DNA from: Alkalispirochaeta sp.
GTDB lineage: Bacteria; Spirochaetota; Spirochaetia; DSM-27196; Alkalispirochaetaceae
Direction of reading: 5' to 3'
Assembly: GCA_965242725.1 (NCBI GenBank)
Contig: CBDESZ010000017.1
Coordinates: 52,556 to 116,555, forward strand
Length of the DNA: 64,000 nt
The notes under the pieces were generated by a model, which saw only the letters and a program-made list of their open reading frames with translations, was not told the origin of the DNA and searched no databases. Shown here one piece after another: positions 40,796 through 51,058 of the stretch (position 1 is its first letter; the number at the start of each line of letters is the position of its first letter). Both the position numbers and the translations under genes were made by a program.

Positions 40796-42181
40796 GTGGA
40801 TAAAGTCTTAGAAAACCAGCTGACGGCGCTCCGGGAACGGCAGCGAACATACTTTTGCGCAGGAATGACCCGACCTCCGGAATTCAGGCGGGCGATGCTT
40901 CGCAGACTCAAGTCGGCGATTGCGGAACATGAAGATGACTTCATAACCGCCCTTCAGCACGACCTGGCGAAGTCGCCCTTTGAAAGCTATTCCAACGAAA
41001 TCGGAATGGTCTACCGGGAGATAGAACACGCGATAAAACGGGTTCGTCGATGGTCCCGGACGCGACGGATCATTCCCGATTTTTACCTCCTGCCGGGATG
41101 GGGGCGTGTCATACCGGAGCCCTACGGCACTGCGCTCATCATCGCACCCTGGAACTACCCGATGCAGCTCCTCTTTGCCCCCCTGGTGGCGGCAATCGCC
41201 GCAGGGAATACGGTGGTCCTCAAACCGTCGGAACTGGCGCCCCATACCGCCGCCGTCAGTCGCCGGGTGGTGGAATCAGCCTTTCCCGATGACTATATCG
41301 CCGTGGTGGAGGGTGATTCAGCGGTGAGTGAACGCCTCATAGACGACGGATACGACTACCTGTTCTTCACCGGAAGTGTTCCGGTTGGTCGAAAAATCAT
41401 GGAACGCGCCGCGCCGCACCTCACCCCGGTCACGCTGGAGCTGGGCGGGAAGAGCCCGGCCGTGGTCGACAGGACCGCTCCTATTGATGCGACTGCCCGC
41501 CGTATCGTCTGGGGGAAATTCAACAACGCCGGGCAGACGTGTGTCGCCCCGGACTACATACTTGTCGAACGCGCCGTCGCGGACGAGCTCGTTTCCCGGA
41601 TCGGCGTCATGATAGATCGATTTTACGGCGCAGATCCTTCCCGGAGCGCCGACTACGGCAGAATAATCAACGAGCGCCACCTGCACAGGCTCTCAAACCT
41701 CCTTGATCCCTCTATCACCGTCCATGGAGGGGGGATATCGGAAGCCGAACGGTACATAGAGCCTACCGTTCTCTATCCCACCCCCTGGGACCACCCGGTA
41801 ATGGAGGACGAGATCTTTGGTCCCATCCTGCCGATCATCCCGTACGATACGCTTGATGAAGCGATGCAACGCATCTCCGAACGTCCCCATCCCCTCGCCC
41901 TCTATGCCTTCAGCCGGGATGCCGCCGCGACACGCCGACTGACGGAAGAACTCTCCTACGGCGGAGGCGGAGTCAACTGCACCGTACTCCACGTAGCCAG
42001 TACGAAACTGCCCTTCGGGGGAATAGGACCAAGCGGCATGGGTTCCTATCACGGCAAGGCGGGATTCGACACGTTTTCCCATCAGAAGAGCGTCCTGGTA
42101 CAGCTCGCGGCGATGGATCTGCCCCTTATGTATCCCCACAAACGCATCCCCCTGAAGATTCTCAGGAGGATTCTCAAATGA
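40796..42181 (+). CDS. Aldehyde dehydrogenase (ALDH3/YwdH-like)
   Basis: PWNYP, LKPSE, FFTGS, TLELGGKSP, NAGQTCVAPDY, EIFGPILP, PFGGIGPSGMG. Confidence 0.93.
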   Translation: MDKVLENQLTALRERQRTYFCAGMTRPPEFRRAMLRRLKSAIAEHEDDFITALQHDLAKSPFESYSNEIGMVYREIEHAIKRVRRWSRTRRIIPDFYLLPGWGRVIPEPYGTALIIAPWNYPMQLLFAPLVAAIAAGNTVVLKPSELAPHTAAVSRRVVESAFPDDYIAVVEGDSAVSERLIDDGYDYLFFTGSVPVGRKIMERAAPHLTPVTLELGGKSPAVVDRTAPIDATARRIVWGKFNNAGQTCVAPDYILVERAVADELVSRIGVMIDRFYGADPSRSADYGRIINERHLHRLSNLLDPSITVHGGGISEAERYIEPTVLYPTPWDHPVMEDEIFGPILPIIPYDTLDEAMQRISERPHPLALYAFSRDAAATRRLTEELSYGGGGVNCTVLHVASTKLPFGGIGPSGMGSYHGKAGFDTFSHQKSVLVQLAAMDLPLMYPHKRIPLKILRRILK

Positions 42182-42585
42182 TACGTACCTTCGTACTGAG
42201 GATGCTGTTGGCAGCCCTCGGCAGGGTGATGGTAATTGTTCAGAAATTTGACCCTGCGGTACGAAGGGAATGGAGCGTCTACCCCGAGGGAACGAGAGTG
42301 GCCCTGATACCGCATCCCGGAGCACGGCCACTGGTGCTGTTGAAAGAAGGGGGCGTCTTCAGCCCGGCATCCGGGGAAGACTCGGAGGAGGCGTGGGACT
42401 ACCGCATCGTCTTTAAATCCGCACGCATCGCCTGGCCCGTTCTCACCGGCGCCAAAAGGGTGGAGCAGGCGTTTCTGGAGCATGGTGTCGTGGTGTTCGG
42501 CGATATTATGAATATCCTCCCCCTCGTGAGGGGCGTTCTCATGGTGGAACGTCATATCGGTATGCGCCCGAAATGGAGACGATGA
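42178..42585 (+). CDS. Hypothetical protein, possibly SCP2-like lipid-binding fold
   Basis: Overlaps both neighbours by 4 nt; IVFKSARIAWPVLTG....QAFLEHGVVVFGDI. Confidence 0.6.
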   Translation: MIRTFVLRMLLAALGRVMVIVQKFDPAVRREWSVYPEGTRVALIPHPGARPLVLLKEGGVFSPASGEDSEEAWDYRIVFKSARIAWPVLTGAKRVEQAFLEHGVVVFGDIMNILPLVRGVLMVERHIGMRPKWRR

Positions 42586-43781
42586 TGACCGTGAATGACT
42601 CCTATATCTTCCAGAATTCGACAAAACTGATATCCGGCGTAAATGCCCTGGAACATCTTGCACACGAGATCGCGCTCTTCGATGCGTCCCGGCCGCTCGT
42701 GATGGTCGATCCGGCACTGCTCCGTAGGGGGCACTATAAAAAGGTGCGGAAAGCGCTGCAAAGCGGCGGCATGACCGAGGCAGCGTCGTATACCGACCTC
42801 CCGGCGGACGCGCCGCTTGAGAAGGTGGACGCCGCCGCCGACCACTATCGTGCGAACCGGTGCGATGCGATCATCGCCGTCGGCGGCGGCTCCGTCATAG
42901 ATGCGGCCAAGGGCGTATCCATGACCGTCAGTACCGGCTCTTCCTCGGTGAGGGACGTCATGGGCTACGACCGCCTGACGGGAAAGATGACTCCCCTTAT
43001 CGCGATTCCGACGACCGCCGGCACGGGGAGTGAAAGCACCCTCGTCGCGGTACTCTCGGACCATGAAGCAGAAGTAAAACGGGAGTACCTCTCCTATCTG
43101 CTCCAGCCCCACGTGGCGATCCTCGATCCGGAAATGACCGTATCGCTGCCGCCCCGGATTACCGCAGCGACAGGTATGGATACCCTGGTTCACGCCGTGG
43201 AGGCGTATACGGGACGACAGAAAAATCCCCTCAGTCGGGCGTACGCACATGGGGCGGTCTCGCTCGTGTCGTCCTTTCTCGTGAGGGCGGTCGTCATCGG
43301 CCGTGACCGGGAAGCGCGACTGGGTATGGCAAACGCCGCGTATATGGCGGGCGCAGCATTTTCAAATTCAATGGTCGGAGCGGTTCACGCGATCGGACAC
43401 GGTGTGGGGGCGGTATGCGGAGCACCCCACGGAGAGGTGATGAACATTCTCCTCCCCCATGTACTGAGGGTCAACGGGCGGGATTCCGCCGTCGCGCGTG
43501 ACTACGCGGAATTGGCGGCACTCTTTCAAAACGACGTCACGTCCGTCCCCGGGGGCGGCGGAAACGAAGGAGGGCCGGCCCGGCTCATCGCCGAGGTCAT
43601 GCAATTACAGCATCGCCTTCAGGAGAAAACGGGTCTCCCCCTTCGACTGCGGGACGCCGGGGTGATTCAGCGTGATTTCCCTTCGATCGTGGAGAAAGCG
43701 TGGCTTGACGGTGCGATTACGGCGAATCCGATAGAACTCACCGAGGACGAGTGTCTCGGTATTCTCGACGCCGCGTGGTGA
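42582..43781 (+). CDS. Iron-containing alcohol dehydrogenase
   Basis: GGGSVIDAAK, IPTTAGTGSE, GMDTLVHAVE, VHAIGH, PHG. Confidence 0.92.
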   Translation: MMTVNDSYIFQNSTKLISGVNALEHLAHEIALFDASRPLVMVDPALLRRGHYKKVRKALQSGGMTEAASYTDLPADAPLEKVDAAADHYRANRCDAIIAVGGGSVIDAAKGVSMTVSTGSSSVRDVMGYDRLTGKMTPLIAIPTTAGTGSESTLVAVLSDHEAEVKREYLSYLLQPHVAILDPEMTVSLPPRITAATGMDTLVHAVEAYTGRQKNPLSRAYAHGAVSLVSSFLVRAVVIGRDREARLGMANAAYMAGAAFSNSMVGAVHAIGHGVGAVCGAPHGEVMNILLPHVLRVNGRDSAVARDYAELAALFQNDVTSVPGGGGNEGGPARLIAEVMQLQHRLQEKTGLPLRLRDAGVIQRDFPSIVEKAWLDGAITANPIELTEDECLGILDAAW

Positions 43782-43866
43782 CCTGCTCAGGCAGCTCCTG
43801 TTGGTAGCGCCGCGTGGTGACGTCTTTCGGCAACGCCCTTTGGTAACGCCCCTCGGCACCGACGAG
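43776..43866. repeat. Degenerate 13-bp tandem repeat, ~7 units
   Basis: TGGTGACCTGCTC AGGCAGCTCCTGT TGGTAGCGCCGCG TGGTGACGTCTTT CGGCAACGCCCTT TGGTAACGCCCCT CGGCACCGACGAG. Confidence 0.6.
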
Positions 43867-43929
43867 TAACAGCGTGGTGTGTGACCGGACGGAACGGATA
43901 CCAAGGCAGGGAGTCGCCTCCCCTATTGG

Positions 43930-44616
43930 TCAGCCCGGATAGGCGAGGTGCACCGAATACCCCATAAAGAATGAAATACTCCCTGCAAGGACAAAGAGAT
44001 GCCAAATGACGTGGTTGAAGGGGAGTTTCCGCCACACATAGAAGATCACGCCGATGGTGTAACTCACCCCGCCGGCGATCATCCAGAACATGAATCCCGG
44101 CGGCACCATTTGGATCATAGGTTTTATTGCGATCACCATTACCCACCCCATGGGCAGGTAAAGGAGATCGGTGATTATGTGATGTTCCCGAAAGACCATG
44201 GTTTTCAAAAAGATTCCGATGAGGGCCATTGACCACACGATTATGAATACCGTCCACCCCCAGGGCCCTCTCATGGCGGTCAGCGTCACCGGCGTATAGG
44301 TCCCCGCAATGAGCAGATAGACAAAGGCCTGATCGATGATGCGGAGGTAATACCGGATGCGCGGCAACGCCGCAAAGCTGTGCACAAGCGCGCTTGAAAG
44401 ATAGAGGAGGATCTGGCTGATCCCGTATATGGAGTAGGCCGTATACTTCCAGGGATCGGGATCCATATTGGTCAGCATGATAAGGGCTACAAACGCCGCG
44501 ATCGCCAGTCCTGCGCCGATCGCATGTGTGAGGCTGTTGAAAATCTCTTCCAGAGCGTTTCCGCTCTCGTACCGGATCTCGTCGGGATGGATCGCCCGCG
44601 GCAATTCTTTGTGCAT
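43930..44616 (-). CDS. Hemolysin III / PAQR-family membrane protein
   Basis: EEIFNSLTH, SSALVHS, IAGTYTP, YLPMGW, HVIWHLFV. Confidence 0.92.
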   Translation of the reverse strand: MHKELPRAIHPDEIRYESGNALEEIFNSLTHAIGAGLAIAAFVALIMLTNMDPDPWKYTAYSIYGISQILLYLSSALVHSFAALPRIRYYLRIIDQAFVYLLIAGTYTPVTLTAMRGPWGWTVFIIVWSMALIGIFLKTMVFREHHIITDLLYLPMGWVMVIAIKPMIQMVPPGFMFWMIAGGVSYTIGVIFYVWRKLPFNHVIWHLFVLAGSISFFMGYSVHLAYPG

Positions 44617-44697
44617 GGGGGAGAGTCTATCAAAGAGCGCCAGCCGGGAACAGCAGCCGTTATTCCGCTTAATCGCATCCCGGCATATACTGCGATC

Positions 44698-46875
44698 ATG
44701 CTGACAACGGATCAACGCCAGGCAGGACGGACACGCCTCCTGTGGTTCGGCTTTTTCAACTCCCTCAGTTTCACCCTTCTGACGGGAAATATGATATCTC
44801 TCTATTTGATACGCCTCGGTGCATCCAACTCCCTCATCGGAGTCATAGCGTCATTCAGCTACGTCGCCTTTTTCATGCTCTTCGTGGGGCGGGCGCTGGT
44901 GCCGCGGGTGGGGGTGATCAGACTCTTCGCCTGGGCGTGGCTCTATCGCTACATCGTCTTTATACCCGTTCTCCTTGCACCGGTATTTCTCATCAACGGA
45001 TCATCCAGGCTGGTGTTTTTTATGGTCGCCGTCGGGGTACTCGGATTCCACATCGCCCGGGGCATCGGGCTTGTGGCAAACACCCCCCTCTTCAGCGGAT
45101 TTGCAAGTACAACGGAACGGGGACGCTTTCTCAGTCAGTTTCTCATGATCGGTTCCGTTGCATATATCGTCATGGGAGTACTCATTGCATTCCTCCTGGG
45201 CGACCAGGCGGGGCTCGGTCGCTACGTACTCTTTCTCGCCGCGGGTATGGCTGCCGGCATCGTCGCGGCGGGGCTGCTCTTCCGGATACCGGAACTGGAG
45301 GATGAACGGGAGAGCGCCCGTCGTCCGATTGCACCGATCATCAGGGAAATGCTCCGCCGGCCGCAGATGCGTCTCTTTTTTACCTCATTTCTCCTCGTTG
45401 CCGTTGCATCGGGTGTCGGACGAAGTTTTCTCGTCGTATTGGCCAAACATGCCCACGGCTATACCGACCGACTTGCCTTTCTGATGGTTACCGTGGGAAG
45501 TGTCGGCAACTTCCTGGCGGGCTATCTCGGCAGCATTCTCCTCGACCGCCTCGGAGCCCGTCCTCTCATACTCTTTTCCCTTATTTCCTATATCGGCAGT
45601 CTCCTCCTGGCCATTTTCCTTCCCGTCACAGGAGGTTTTGCGATCTCCTTCATCATGGGAATGGTCTTCTTTTTGGGAACCCTTGGGTATTCGGGCAATG
45701 AAAACAGCTTTCAGGCGTATTTTTTCGGTGTGACCAGCAAGGATGACCGTCTCAATCTGGGAATCATTTTCTACATGATTCTCGGATTAGGTGGAACCAT
45801 CGGTTCCTTCACCGGTGGATTTGTCCTGGACGGCCTCCTGGCAATCATGAACGCCGCGTGGGCCTTTCGTCTCTTTTTCCTCGCCGTCGCCGCCCTCGCC
45901 ACCGTCGCCCTGATGTATGCGGTCCGTCTGGAATCGCTGGGAGCCGAGACGTTCCGCGGTACCATGGAGGTCATTTTTTCACCCCGGGATCTCCGCACCG
46001 TCGGACTTCTCAATCGCCTCAGTCGAACCCGGGCGGTCGAGGAAGAGCAGTCCACCATACGCACCCTCGCCCAGTCAAAATCACCGCGGGCGGTTCAGGA
46101 AGTTATCGATCGATTGAACTCCCCGTCATATGCGGTGAGACAGGAGGCGCTGGAAGCATTGGGCACACTCCCCTACACCGACGCCGTTGAACGGGCGCTC
46201 ATCAACCATCTCTCCGCCGCACTTCATACCACCGCCTTCATGGCCGTACGCATTCTCGGACTACGGGGAAGCAGGGAAGCTATTTCCGCGGTCGTCGATG
46301 CCGTGCACTCGGAAGACCGGCTCCTCGCGGAACGGGCGGTCGTCGCCTATGCCAGACTTGCCGGCGGTGAGGCACTCCCGGTACTGCGGGAGCAGCTGAC
46401 CGCGTCAGACACTCCCCGCTACCTCATGCACGTTGCGGTGGCGATCCAGATCGCGGGAGGTGCCGCGGAGCTGTCGGTGCTGCTTCAACAGCTCAAGCGG
46501 AAACGCCTTCCCGACTATGTTGTTGATGAAATCCTCTTCGCGGCGGCCCGCATCATGGACATTCACAAACGCTTCTATCCCCTCTATTCCGCGTATATCA
46601 GAGGCAGGAGTCCCGCGGAGCGGGAGGAGCTGCGGGATGAAATGACCGCCCTCGTGGATGAGCGGGGAGGGGGCGAAGATGCACACCGGCTGAAAGCGGC
46701 GATCGAGACGCTCCTCATCGGCGATGAGACAACCGAAACCCGTCGTACGAGACAGGCTCTCAACCACATTAACGGTGAGGCGACACTGCTCCCCGATACG
46801 ATCGGTGCCCTCGCGGCGGAACTTCCCGTCCGCGGACGGGTCGTCTTTTTTTATATTTGCGTCATTATGGGATAG
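44698..46875 (+). CDS. MFS transporter fused to a C-terminal HEAT-repeat region
   Basis: ~12 TM helices with LLDRLGARP motif, then repeats such as SPSYAVRQEALEALG and SEDRLLAERAVVAYARL. Confidence 0.82.
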   Translation: MLTTDQRQAGRTRLLWFGFFNSLSFTLLTGNMISLYLIRLGASNSLIGVIASFSYVAFFMLFVGRALVPRVGVIRLFAWAWLYRYIVFIPVLLAPVFLINGSSRLVFFMVAVGVLGFHIARGIGLVANTPLFSGFASTTERGRFLSQFLMIGSVAYIVMGVLIAFLLGDQAGLGRYVLFLAAGMAAGIVAAGLLFRIPELEDERESARRPIAPIIREMLRRPQMRLFFTSFLLVAVASGVGRSFLVVLAKHAHGYTDRLAFLMVTVGSVGNFLAGYLGSILLDRLGARPLILFSLISYIGSLLLAIFLPVTGGFAISFIMGMVFFLGTLGYSGNENSFQAYFFGVTSKDDRLNLGIIFYMILGLGGTIGSFTGGFVLDGLLAIMNAAWAFRLFFLAVAALATVALMYAVRLESLGAETFRGTMEVIFSPRDLRTVGLLNRLSRTRAVEEEQSTIRTLAQSKSPRAVQEVIDRLNSPSYAVRQEALEALGTLPYTDAVERALINHLSAALHTTAFMAVRILGLRGSREAISAVVDAVHSEDRLLAERAVVAYARLAGGEALPVLREQLTASDTPRYLMHVAVAIQIAGGAAELSVLLQQLKRKRLPDYVVDEILFAAARIMDIHKRFYPLYSAYIRGRSPAEREELRDEMTALVDERGGGEDAHRLKAAIETLLIGDETTETRRTRQALNHINGEATLLPDTIGALAAELPVRGRVVFFYICVIMG

Positions 46876-46887
46876 GATGGTACAACC

Positions 46888-47638
46888 ATGACTGATATGG
46901 ACCGGAAAAGAACACTCATTCCTGCGGCCGTCGCCGTTTCGTTGATTATCGCCGTTGCGGTGACCGCAGCGGGGATGGCTTGTCGGAAACGGCATAGAAA
47001 ACACCCGCGCATATGAACGGTTTGTCACCGTCAAGGGGCTGGCGGAACGGAACGTCATGGCCGACCGCGCGGCGTGGCCGATTACCTTTGTCGCCACGGA
47101 CGATGCGCTGCAGGTCGCCCAGGAAAAGATCGACGGCGACACCCGGATCGTCAGGGAGTTTCTTGCGGAACATGGACTCGCCGGCGACGACGTTGAGGTC
47201 CAGAATCTCACGGTGACGGATCAGCTTGCCCAGCCGTACCGGTCCGGCCCGGTGGACAGCCGTTTTATCATCGAACAGACACTTCTTGTGCGTTCATCAA
47301 GGGTAGACGCGGTTCGCCGGGCGACCCAGGATATCGGCGCGCTTCTGACGGAAGGGGTGATCCTGGGAGGTCAGGGATTTCGTCCCGGTCCCAGCTACAC
47401 CTTCACCGGTCTCAACGACATAAAAACCGATATGATCGCCCAGGCGACCGCGGCGGCACGATCGAGTGCCGACCAGTTTGCCGCGGACTCGGGAAGCACC
47501 CTTGGACCGATCAGACGGGCCAATCAGGGCGTCTTTCAGATACTTCCCGTCGACGGCGTGGACAACGTTCCGGAATCCACGCAGATCCACAAGACCGTTC
47601 GCGCTGTAGTCACCCTTGAATATTTCCTTGAAGACTGA
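46888..47638 (+). CDS. SIMPL (DUF541) domain protein, one frameshift near 46970
   Basis: N-terminal TM; removing one G from GCGGGGATGG restores RFVTVKGLAER..ADRAAWP...IRRANQGVFQI...KTVRAVVTLEYFL. Confidence 0.88.
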
Positions 47639-47658
47639 CGGTCCGGCACATCGCCAAA

Positions 47659-48168
47659 TCAGCGTGCGCCGTCTTCGTCGGCAACCTCACCGGGTTGAAA
47701 GGCGTCCCTTCCCGGAAAGTGAAGGCGCCTGCGCGCCACGGCCTCGCTGAATAGGACATAGGTGCACCGGGTGGTGCTGAAGAGTGTCCCGCTTCCGCCG
47801 CGGAGTTCAATGTGAATCACACTGCGCTTGGAATCCCCTTCCTCTTCCCACGCCTTCAACTGGAACGGTCCGTCCGTCGTACGGGCCGGTTTGTGGTAGG
47901 TTATGTGAAGATCACCGGTCATACCGGCTGTTCCCTTTATCACGTGAATATACCAACCGCCTATTTCATCCGCCAGCGTCGCCTGTATCCCGCCGTGTAT
48001 GACGCCGGGGTATCCCTCCAGTTCCGTACGCGGCTCCCACACGCTCCGTACCGTCGTTCCGTCGGTTGTAAATGTAAGGCGAAGACCTACCGGGCTGTGG
48101 GGATCGCATCCGAAACAGTGGTACTCCTCATGACCGGCATAGGGATTCGGAACCTGCCGCTCACTCAT
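47659..48168 (-). CDS. PaaI-family hotdog thioesterase
   Basis: CFGCDP..PVGLRL, GYPGVIHGGIQATLADE. Confidence 0.88.
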   Translation of the reverse strand: MSERQVPNPYAGHEEYHCFGCDPHSPVGLRLTFTTDGTTVRSVWEPRTELEGYPGVIHGGIQATLADEIGGWYIHVIKGTAGMTGDLHITYHKPARTTDGPFQLKAWEEEGDSKRSVIHIELRGGSGTLFSTTRCTYVLFSEAVARRRLHFPGRDAFQPGEVADEDGAR

Positions 48169-48440
48169 GGCGCGATGATCTCACGGTATTCGGGGTGGCG
48201 GGCGACAAACGCTTCCACAAACGAGCACGTCGGTCGCACCAGAAAGCCCTCGCGCCGGGCGTAGTCGAGCGCGCTTTTCACGATTTTTCCTCCCACGCCG
48301 CCGCCACGCAGCGCCGGCGGGACAAAGGTGTGGGAAAAATCGAGGACTCTTTCATCAACTTTACGATAGAGCAGTTCCGCCTCACCGTTTTCACCGACGA
48401 GGACAAAACGTGATTCTTCCGGTCTGTGCTGTACATCCAT
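48165..48440 (-). CDS. Small GNAT-family protein (YjdJ-like)
   Basis: HTFVPPALRGGGVG, PTCSFV. Confidence 0.9.
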   Translation of the reverse strand: MDVQHRPEESRFVLVGENGEAELLYRKVDERVLDFSHTFVPPALRGGGVGGKIVKSALDYARREGFLVRPTCSFVEAFVARHPEYREIIAP

Positions 48441-48501
48441 GCCGCCATCATACCTTTTTGATTCCTTTGACGATAGGGAGAAAAAACACTATTCTCGAAC
48501 C

Positions 48502-49251
48502 ATGAAGGCAATTCTTATCACCGGGGCTACTACAGGGATTGGCGCCGCACTGGCGACAACCGTTCCAGGGCCGGGCGATACGGTTTTTCTCCATTATCGC
48601 GCCAATCAGGAGCGGTGCTCCCGCCTCGCCTCGGAACTCCGGGAACGGGGAATCATCACTCATATGATTCAGGCCGATTTTGCCGCGGATCCGGACGGCG
48701 GAGCGCGGGCACTGGCGGAGGAGATTACCGCCACCGTCGACGGTCTGCACGTTCTTATCAATAACGCGGGGGGTATTGTAGAGCGGGCGACCGTGGAGAA
48801 TGCAACCTTTCCCGTCGTCTCGGAGACGATCAACCTGAACCTCATCGCCCCCATGATGCTCTCCACATATCTCACACCGGCCCTGAACGCCGCCGCGGAA
48901 GCTTCCGGACGGGCGGACGTTATCAATATCACATCCATCGCCGCCCGCTCGGGCTCACCTACATCCACACCCTATGGTGCGGCCAAAGCGGGGCTTGAAA
49001 ATTTTTCCCGGGGTTTCGCAAAAGAAGCGGGTCCCCGGATACGGGTCAACAGCATATCTCCCGGTGTCATTGACACGCCGTTCCACCACGGGACAACACC
49101 AAAGGATCGCTTGGATCAATGGCTTACCATGACGCCCGTCGGCCACCACGGCAAACCGGAAGACATCGCACAGGCCGTGATGTTTGTCCTGGCAAATGAG
49201 TTCATGTCGGGTGCCGTGGTTCCCGTAAACGGTGGCATGCAAATGATTTGA
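48502..49251 (+). CDS. SDR-family oxidoreductase
   Basis: TGATTGIG, LINNAG, YGAAK, VNSISPG. Confidence 0.9.
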   Translation: MKAILITGATTGIGAALATTVPGPGDTVFLHYRANQERCSRLASELRERGIITHMIQADFAADPDGGARALAEEITATVDGLHVLINNAGGIVERATVENATFPVVSETINLNLIAPMMLSTYLTPALNAAAEASGRADVINITSIAARSGSPTSTPYGAAKAGLENFSRGFAKEAGPRIRVNSISPGVIDTPFHHGTTPKDRLDQWLTMTPVGHHGKPEDIAQAVMFVLANEFMSGAVVPVNGGMQMI

Positions 49252-49277
49252 ACCGATTGCCATGCGGGCGCACATAC

Positions 49278-51044
49278 ATGACGAAAAAGATTCTGCGAGT
49301 TTTACTACCCGCCTTCGCCCTCATTGCAGTAACGGGAACGGCCGCAACCATACTCGTTCAGCGTTATTTCACCCAGCAATACGAGAGTGAATGGAAAGAC
49401 GAACTTCGCAACAATTCCGCACGCATACGAATCATCCTTGAGGAGATTATCGCCGCCGATCTCGCCACCACCCGCGCAATGGCGGCGTACATTTCGGTTC
49501 ATCCGGACCTGGACGGAGAGGAGTTTACCCGGTACGCCCGTGAAATTGTCGGCGACTCTCCGACCATACGGAACATCGTCGCCGCAAAGGGATTTATCAT
49601 CACCTACGTCTATCCCCTGAAGGGCAACGAGAGCGTTCTGGGCGTTGACTACCGGGATGTTCCCTCCCAGCTCCCCCTGGTCATGGAGGCGAGGGACAGC
49701 CGGCGTCTCGTCATGGCCGGCCCCCTTGAAATCATCCAGGGAGGCCGGGGTGTCATCGGACGCGCCCCCGTCTTTACCCCACCGGAGGAAGCCGGCGGAG
49801 AGCCCCGATTCTGGGGCATCGTTTCATCGGTCATCAATTTCGATGAAATGATGAGGGCGATGGCGCCGACCATTTCGCAGTTTCAGCTCGAGATTGCCCT
49901 GCGCGGCGTCGACGGCAAAGGAGAAGCGGGTGCGGTCTTTTACGGCGACGACGCCCTTTTCGAGAACGACCAGGCGGACGTGCGGGATGTGACACTCCCC
50001 ACCGGCACATGGCAACTGGCGGCGGTACCGGCAACACCCTACCCGATGCGCCACCCCTTCTGGGGTACCGTCAATGTCGCCGCCATCATCATCGTCGCGT
50101 TTCTGACGACCCTCACCTACTCCAAGATACGTTCCGATGTCCTCCTCAGGGACAGTGAACGACAGCTGGAGCGGTACATCAAGATCGTTGATGACCACGT
50201 TGCGATCTGTCAATTTGACGAGGCAGGAAGGATAACTTCCGCCAGCACGACCATGATCAATTTAATGGGATTTGATGAATCGTCCCTCGTCGGACGCTCG
50301 TTCAATGAGATCATTTCCGAAGAAAGCCGCCGCGCCGTTTCCCATGAAATGTGGCGAAAACTCAGGAGGGGAATGGGCTGGCACGGAGAAATCCCCGCCC
50401 GGACGCGCGGCGGATCACTGCTGTGGCTGGAAACGGATATTTCGACCTTTCCGCGGGACACCGACCAGTCGATTACCTATATGGCGATCAATCAGGATAT
50501 CACCGCCCGAAAGGAACTGGAGATCGTTTCCATTACCGATCGTCTTACCGGGCTGTACAACAGACAGAAAACGGACCTCGTACTTGAGGAGGAGCGGGAG
50601 CGTTTTATTCGATACGGCGAGGTTTACGCCGTCATTCTCTTTGACGTGGATCATTTTAAAAGAATCAATGACCGATACGGCCACCTGGAAGGCGACAGGG
50701 TTCTCAAAAAGATCGCCTGCATCACCGGCGACCAGACACGGAAGACCGATGTGATCGGACGATGGGGAGGTGAGGAGTTTCTCATCCTCTGCCCCCACAC
50801 CAACCAGGACGGAGCGCTCTCACGCGCCGAGGCACTCCGGGAAACCATTGAAACGTGTGACTTCGGCCTGCGGGCAAATGTAACAGCCAGTTTCGGCGTC
50901 GTCGGCGTCGATGAGGTGGCAAGCCGGCGTACCGCCGAGTCACCGGACTTTACCGAGCTCATCCTGAAATCCGCCGATGACGCTCTCTACCGTGCCAAGA
51001 CGGAAGGCAGAAACCGCGTCGTCAGCGCCGATTTTCGTACGTGA
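49278..51044 (+). CDS. CHASE-PAS-GGDEF diguanylate cyclase
   Basis: TM, CHASE (YVYPLKGNE..LGVDY..AGPLEIIQGG), TM, PAS, TDRLTGLYNR, RKTD I-site, RWGGEEF. Confidence 0.92.
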   Translation: MTKKILRVLLPAFALIAVTGTAATILVQRYFTQQYESEWKDELRNNSARIRIILEEIIAADLATTRAMAAYISVHPDLDGEEFTRYAREIVGDSPTIRNIVAAKGFIITYVYPLKGNESVLGVDYRDVPSQLPLVMEARDSRRLVMAGPLEIIQGGRGVIGRAPVFTPPEEAGGEPRFWGIVSSVINFDEMMRAMAPTISQFQLEIALRGVDGKGEAGAVFYGDDALFENDQADVRDVTLPTGTWQLAAVPATPYPMRHPFWGTVNVAAIIIVAFLTTLTYSKIRSDVLLRDSERQLERYIKIVDDHVAICQFDEAGRITSASTTMINLMGFDESSLVGRSFNEIISEESRRAVSHEMWRKLRRGMGWHGEIPARTRGGSLLWLETDISTFPRDTDQSITYMAINQDITARKELEIVSITDRLTGLYNRQKTDLVLEEERERFIRYGEVYAVILFDVDHFKRINDRYGHLEGDRVLKKIACITGDQTRKTDVIGRWGGEEFLILCPHTNQDGALSRAEALRETIETCDFGLRANVTASFGVVGVDEVASRRTAESPDFTELILKSADDALYRAKTEGRNRVVSADFRT

Positions 51045-51058
51045 GGCGGGGAGCGCGG

